Shown here in pieces: positions 50,089-55,304 of a DNA stretch of 55,304 nt. Position numbers and translations under genes: made by a program. Under the pieces are notes generated by a model. It was not told where the DNA came from. It searched no databases and saw nothing but the letters and a program-made list of their open reading frames with translations. Within the stretch, counting starts at the first letter, position 1. Every line of letters begins with the position of its first letter. Source of the stretch: Candidatus Krumholzibacteriia bacterium (GTDB taxonomy: Bacteria > Krumholzibacteriota > Krumholzibacteriia > LZORAL124-64-63); NCBI GenBank assembly GCA_046484865.1, contig JAWOID010000007.1, positions 1 to 55,304 of the forward strand. Direction: 5' to 3'.

Positions 50089-50430
50089 GGTGTGGACCCG
50101 GGTACAACGGAGCAGGGGCCGAGCGCTGCCGGGGTTGGACTCGGGTAGAACCGTGCACCGACCGCGCGCCGCCAGGTTTGTACCCGGGTACACGGAACGA
50201 GCGGGCCGCTGGGTGCGGAACCGGGTCTCGCTGAGCCAGCGATAGGCGGTGTGGACCCGGATACAACGATCCGAGCACGGACCTCGCGCCGTCGGGTGTG
50301 GATCCGGGTACCACGGGGCGAGCGACGGTCCGGTGTGGACCCGGGTACAACGGCCCGAGCACGGACCTCGCGCCGTCGGTTGTGGACCCGGTATCACGGA
50401 CCGATGCCGGTTGGGTGGACCGGGACGAGC
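50089..50430. repeat. Interspaced array of 8-9 partly palindromic 20-bp repeats (consensus GGTGTGGACCCGGGTACAAC)
   Basis: Copies start at 50089, 50132, 50175, 50212, 50248, 50295, 50332, 50379 and a degenerate one near 50413; spacers 16-27 nt. Confidence 0.85.
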
Positions 50431-50504
50431 CGGCGGCTGGGGGAGTCAGCGTCAGGAGCAGAGCGTTCAGATCGAGCGAGCGGGAGAGCCTGCGGTCATG
50501 CAGC

Positions 50505-50592
50505 TGGTGCCGGAGGTCGGACTCGAACCGACACGTCCCAGAGGGACACTGGATTTTGAGTCCAGCGCGTCTACCAGTTTCACCACTCCGGC
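50505..50592 (-). tRNA. tRNA-Leu(CAA)
   Basis: GCCGGAG acceptor stem, D-loop TGGTAGAC, anticodon loop CTCAAAA, long variable arm, GGTTCGAGTCC, encoded CCA; 88 nt. Confidence 0.97.
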
Positions 50593-50655
50593 ACCGGAAC
50601 CGCAGGAAAGAACGGCGGAAACGTCGCGCGCCGGCGGCGAGTTCCCGGGCGCGCC

Positions 50656-50684
50656 ATCGTAGTGACGAGGCGGGGGAAAGTCAA
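50656..50684 (-). promoter_or_regulatory. sigma70 promoter of tRNA-Leu
   Basis: TTGACT-N17-TACGAT followed by a GC-rich discriminator GGCGCGC. Confidence 0.7.
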
Positions 50685-50833
50685 GGCGCGGGCGGGCTCC
50701 GGGGCCGACGGCTCGGCCACCACGGGGTGCGGGGCACGAATCGCGGTCGACTGTGCCGCGGATCTGGATCGCGGATTCGCGCAAGCGGGCTAAACAGAGG
50801 CCTCCAGCCGGGATCGGGTGGCTGCTGTGTTTG

Positions 50834-51230
50834 AGTTATTCCACGAAGAATGTTTTCGGCCCCGGTCCTGCAACTCGGCGGGCATGGACAACCACGAACT
50901 CGACGATGCCCGCTGGAGGCCGACCCATTGTCCGTCGCCTAGTTGCAAGTACCACAGCCCGTTGCAACCAGGCTGGCGGTTCAAGGGCATGGGCTCGTAT
51001 CTTCGCCTTGCCCACCCCAGGCGTATCCGCAGGTTCCGCTGCCTCCACTGCGGCGTCACCTTCAGTTCACAGAAGCGGCCCAGATCGATTCGAGGGTCGC
51101 TGGCGGCAGAACTACTGGGGTCAGGACGCGGGTGCTGAAGGTGAACCGGCGCCTTGAGTTGAAGTAAGCGGCGTGAACGGACAGATTCGACACCTGGCCA
51201 GAGGCCGGAAACAATTTGCGTGGAATAACG
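50834..51230 (+). mobile_element. Internally deleted non-autonomous IS (about 397 bp) related to the element at 1-748
   Basis: TIRs 50835-50860 and 51204-51229 (22/26 match); flanking direct repeat CTGTGTTTG at 50825-50833 and 51231-51239. Confidence 0.85.
50884..51176 (+). pseudogene. Transposase remnant: N-terminal Zn-ribbon joined to a frameshifted C-terminal tail
   Basis: HCPSPSC...RFRCLHCGVTFSSQ, then fragments EGRWRQNYWG and RTRVLKVNRR.ELK* matching the end of the ORF at 3-695. Confidence 0.82.
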
Positions 51231-51273
51231 CTGTGTTTGCGACGGGGTAATCACTTATGGGGACGCTTGCCGC

Positions 51274-52899
<1,626 letters not shown>

Positions 52900-52938
52900 C
52901 GCTCGAAAGGCGAACGAGCCGCGCGTGAACAGCGAACT

Positions 52939-52968
52939 CGAGGGGGAGCGCTTTCTTCCTCCCCCTCG
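52939..52968 (+). terminator. Hairpin downstream of gdhA
   Basis: 10-bp stem cgagggggag / ctccccctcg; no clear U tract. Confidence 0.4.
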
Positions 52969-53065
52969 TGACAGGAGGCATATGGCGTAAACGACCTGCC
53001 CTTCGTTCTCGCGGCTGCCCGCCCGCGAGAGCCGGCTTCCCAAGCGGGCCGCGGGAGGACCGAGC

Positions 53066-54472
53066 ATGGAACATCACAAGCCCGCGCTGAGCAGGACGCG
53101 GAGCCGGAAAAGCAAGGCACCGCCCGGACTTCGCGATCTCCTCGACACCCTGCTCTCGCACACCAGCAGCGAGGAGACGTGGACGTCGATCCTGCGGCGG
53201 ATCTGCTCATCCTTCCTCCGATTTTCTGGCGCCGACGCGCTCACCATCCGGATAGAGGAGGGAGGAAAGACGACCCGGTGCCACGCGAGTCTCGCCGAGG
53301 ACACACCGCAGCGGGTGGTCGTCTCGATTCGCTCCAACCAGCCTTCCGCCGGTGACGCGGACGAGTCGCCGGCCGACGATCTCATTCCCGAGCCGATCAT
53401 TCGAGCCATCGCGGAGCGCAGCGTGATGGCGACCACCGATTCGTGCACGAGAGCGGGGAGCTTCTGGATCGGAGACACGGCCCGGCCGATTCGGATCCGA
53501 GAGCCGGCGACAGAAGCCGCGGTCAAGACGGTCGTCATAGGCGGAGAATTTGAATCGCTCGCGCTCGTTCACATCCCGATCGGCCAGCGGGGGTATGGCG
53601 TTTTGCTGCTCGCGAGCCACCGCCGGGATTTCTTCTCGTTCGACGACATCCAGGTGTACGAGATGGTTGCGCAGATGCTCGGGATGGCTCTTGCCCATCA
53701 CGGCGCGCAATGGGCGCTCAGGGAACGCATCAAGGAGTTGACCTGCCTCTACGACATCGCGACGCTCGCGCAACGGCCTGGTCTGAGCCTCGAAGAGCTG
53801 CTCGGCAAGATCGTGGCGATTCTGCCGCCTGGATGGCAATACCCCGATATCACGTGCGCCCGGATCCTGCTCGACGGCCGCACCTTCGCGACCGGGACGT
53901 TCAGCGAGGGACCGCAACGGCAATCGGCCTCGATCATCGTGGGCGACAGCACTCGCGGAAGGGTGGAGGTGTTCTACACCGAAGAGGCGCCAGCTCTTGA
54001 CGAAGGCCCGTTCCTGCGGGAAGAGCGGAACCTGATCAACGCTGTCGCGGAGACCATCGGCAGACTCGTTGCTCATCGCGAAACGGAAGGGGCGCTCCGT
54101 GAGCGTATCAAGGAACTCACGTGCCTCTACGGGATAGCCAAGGTGGCTCGGCGCCCGGGAATCGGTCTCGACGAGTTTCTGGCGAACGTGGTCGGTCTGC
54201 TTCCGCCGGGGTGGCAGCATCCGAACATCGCACAGGCGCGAATCGTTCTCGACGGCCGCCAGTTCACCACCTCCGGCTTCCAGGATGGTGTCCATGACCA
54301 GCGCGCCGACATCTGGGTCGCTGGCGTGGCGCGAGGTTTCGTCGAAGTGGTCTACACCGCGCCGGCTCCGGAGATGGAGGAGGGACCATTTCTCAAGGAA
54401 GAGCGCAGCCTGATCGACGAGGTCGCAAGGCAGGTCGGTCTGAGCGTGGAGCACTGGGAGGCGGATGAATGA
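53066..54472 (+). CDS. Sensor protein: one GAF domain plus two tandem GAF-like RERIKELTCLY domains, no output domain
   Basis: FESLALVHIP...GVLLLAS...FFS GAF signature; a 126-aa unit repeated at 53714 and 54092; SD GGAGG. Confidence 0.85.
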   Translation: MEHHKPALSRTRSRKSKAPPGLRDLLDTLLSHTSSEETWTSILRRICSSFLRFSGADALTIRIEEGGKTTRCHASLAEDTPQRVVVSIRSNQPSAGDADESPADDLIPEPIIRAIAERSVMATTDSCTRAGSFWIGDTARPIRIREPATEAAVKTVVIGGEFESLALVHIPIGQRGYGVLLLASHRRDFFSFDDIQVYEMVAQMLGMALAHHGAQWALRERIKELTCLYDIATLAQRPGLSLEELLGKIVAILPPGWQYPDITCARILLDGRTFATGTFSEGPQRQSASIIVGDSTRGRVEVFYTEEAPALDEGPFLREERNLINAVAETIGRLVAHRETEGALRERIKELTCLYGIAKVARRPGIGLDEFLANVVGLLPPGWQHPNIAQARIVLDGRQFTTSGFQDGVHDQRADIWVAGVARGFVEVVYTAPAPEMEEGPFLKEERSLIDEVARQVGLSVEHWEADE

Positions 54473-54517
54473 GGTCGGGCGGCTGCGGGTGCAGCCTGGC
54501 CCGGGTGGCGGTACGAC

Positions 54518-55304
54518 ATGCACACGAGCAGACAGTCCGACGCGGTCAGCGCATACGGCCCCGGCGCTCTGGGCGGGAAGGGGGAGGGGCTGGTTGCGGT
54601 TGACGAGTGGAAGCTGCCGCGCACAGCGACTCTTCAAACGCATGTGCTCGCCACCGGCTGCTACGATCGATACCTCGACAGAGGCCGCGTCCTCGCCGGC
54701 GAGGAGCACGCTGCCATCGCGGCCATTCTCGACGCGCTAGGCGAGAATCCCGTGGGAGTGCGGTCATCGGCAACGAACGAGTCGGGGACAGCAACTTCGG
54801 CGGGCCGGGCGGTACACGCGGGGGAACACCTCTCCTTCATGCTGCCCAACAACCACCCGGATCCGGCCATGCGTCTCGAGCAACTCGAGCTGGCGGTTCG
54901 CCACATCTACGATCACTTCTTCGCGGGACAAGGCGAGGACACCGTGGAGAAGATGGCCATCGTCATCAACCCCATACCCGGTATGCTGGACGATACGCCC
55001 GCCGGCCCCTTCTTCTATCCCTATGTCTCGGGCGTTGCCGATTCGTACTTTCCCTACGCGCTCCGGACGCAGGATCCGAAGGAAGGTTACGCGCGGATTG
55101 CCTTCGGGCACGGCTACGCCACGGTCCTGGACGACTTCCCGGTCATATCGATGGCAACGATTCGCAATCCGATTCCGCTGGACCTGCTCCGGACCGGCGG
55201 CGGGCAGCAGTTCTTCTATGCCCTCGACATGACGCGAAACGCCGGGCTCTGCGGCGACGAGCTCGAGACGATGAAGCGGCTACACGTCCGGCACGCCAAT
55301 TTCC
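54518..55304 (+). CDS. PEP-synthase/PPDK N-terminal (ATP-grasp) domain protein, 3' partial; missing from the ORF track
   Basis: Manual translation: GPGALGGKGEGL, PVGVRSSA, AGEHLSFMLPNNHPD, RLEQLELAV, EKMAIVI, FYPYVSGVA, GYARIAFGHG; no stop before the window end. Confidence 0.85.
   Translation, partial: MHTSRQSDAVSAYGPGALGGKGEGLVAVDEWKLPRTATLQTHVLATGCYDRYLDRGRVLAGEEHAAIAAILDALGENPVGVRSSATNESGTATSAGRAVHAGEHLSFMLPNNHPDPAMRLEQLELAVRHIYDHFFAGQGEDTVEKMAIVINPIPGMLDDTPAGPFFYPYVSGVADSYFPYALRTQDPKEGYARIAFGHGYATVLDDFPVISMATIRNPIPLDLLRTGGGQQFFYALDMTRNAGLCGDELETMKRLHVRHANF

Noticed and set aside
46723..50397. 1224-aa minus-strand ORF
   Set aside because: Only 46723-47769 is fbp; the rest is antisense to pruA and translated repeats
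50089..50430. Calling the interspaced array a bona fide CRISPR
   Set aside because: Repeat is only about 20 bp and degenerate, spacers are 16-27 nt with one duplicated, and there is no AT-rich leader or cas gene in the window
50430..50592. tRNA-Leu as an integration site of a genomic island
   Set aside because: No integrase and no duplicated tRNA 3' end seen; the atypical DNA lies on the 5' side of the tRNA
53039..53066. Fifth sigma28-like motif CCCAAG-N14-ACCGAGCA
   Set aside because: Mismatched -35, and it overlaps the SD and start codon, leaving no room for a leader
54465..54740. 91-aa ORF from the track as the gene following the sensor
   Set aside because: Wrong frame; the frame starting at 54518 carries the PPDK-like motifs

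Overview
Very GC-rich bacterial chromosome segment from a diderm, LPS-making organism. The LpxC-FabZ fusion, McsA/McsB/ClpC, bacillithiol genes, a Minf_1886-like gene and a secreted protein ending in TWxxVKxxYR suggest an FCB-related candidate phylum such as Krumholzibacteriota/Latescibacterota (inference). Most of it is housekeeping and envelope biogenesis on the + strand: pilT-like, accC, ftsK, rimO, bamD, nadD, polA, coaE, prfB (programmed +1 frameshift), lysS, lolC/E, lolD, mcsA-mcsB-clpC, bamA, skp, lpxD/C-fabZ/A/B/DUF374/K, nadB-methyltransferase-bshC-bshB1-bshA, tol-pal, fbp (- strand), pruA, tRNA-Leu(CAA) (- strand) and gdhA. Non-routine signals: (1) a sigma28-like motif CTCAAG-N14-NNCGA(A/T) in four separate promoter regions; (2) gdhA followed by an output-less triple GAF-like sensor that is in frame with a degenerate PPDK-like ATP-grasp ORF, separated by one TGA plus a hairpin; (3) an IS at the window start and an internally deleted relative with TIRs and a 9-10 bp TSD; (4) a CRISPR-like but cas-less interspaced palindromic repeat array and a 17-bp tandem array between pruA and tRNA-Leu; (5) a SAM methyltransferase directly upstream of bshC, a candidate N-methyl-bacillithiol synthase. 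No database searches were run; all calls come from motif recognition.
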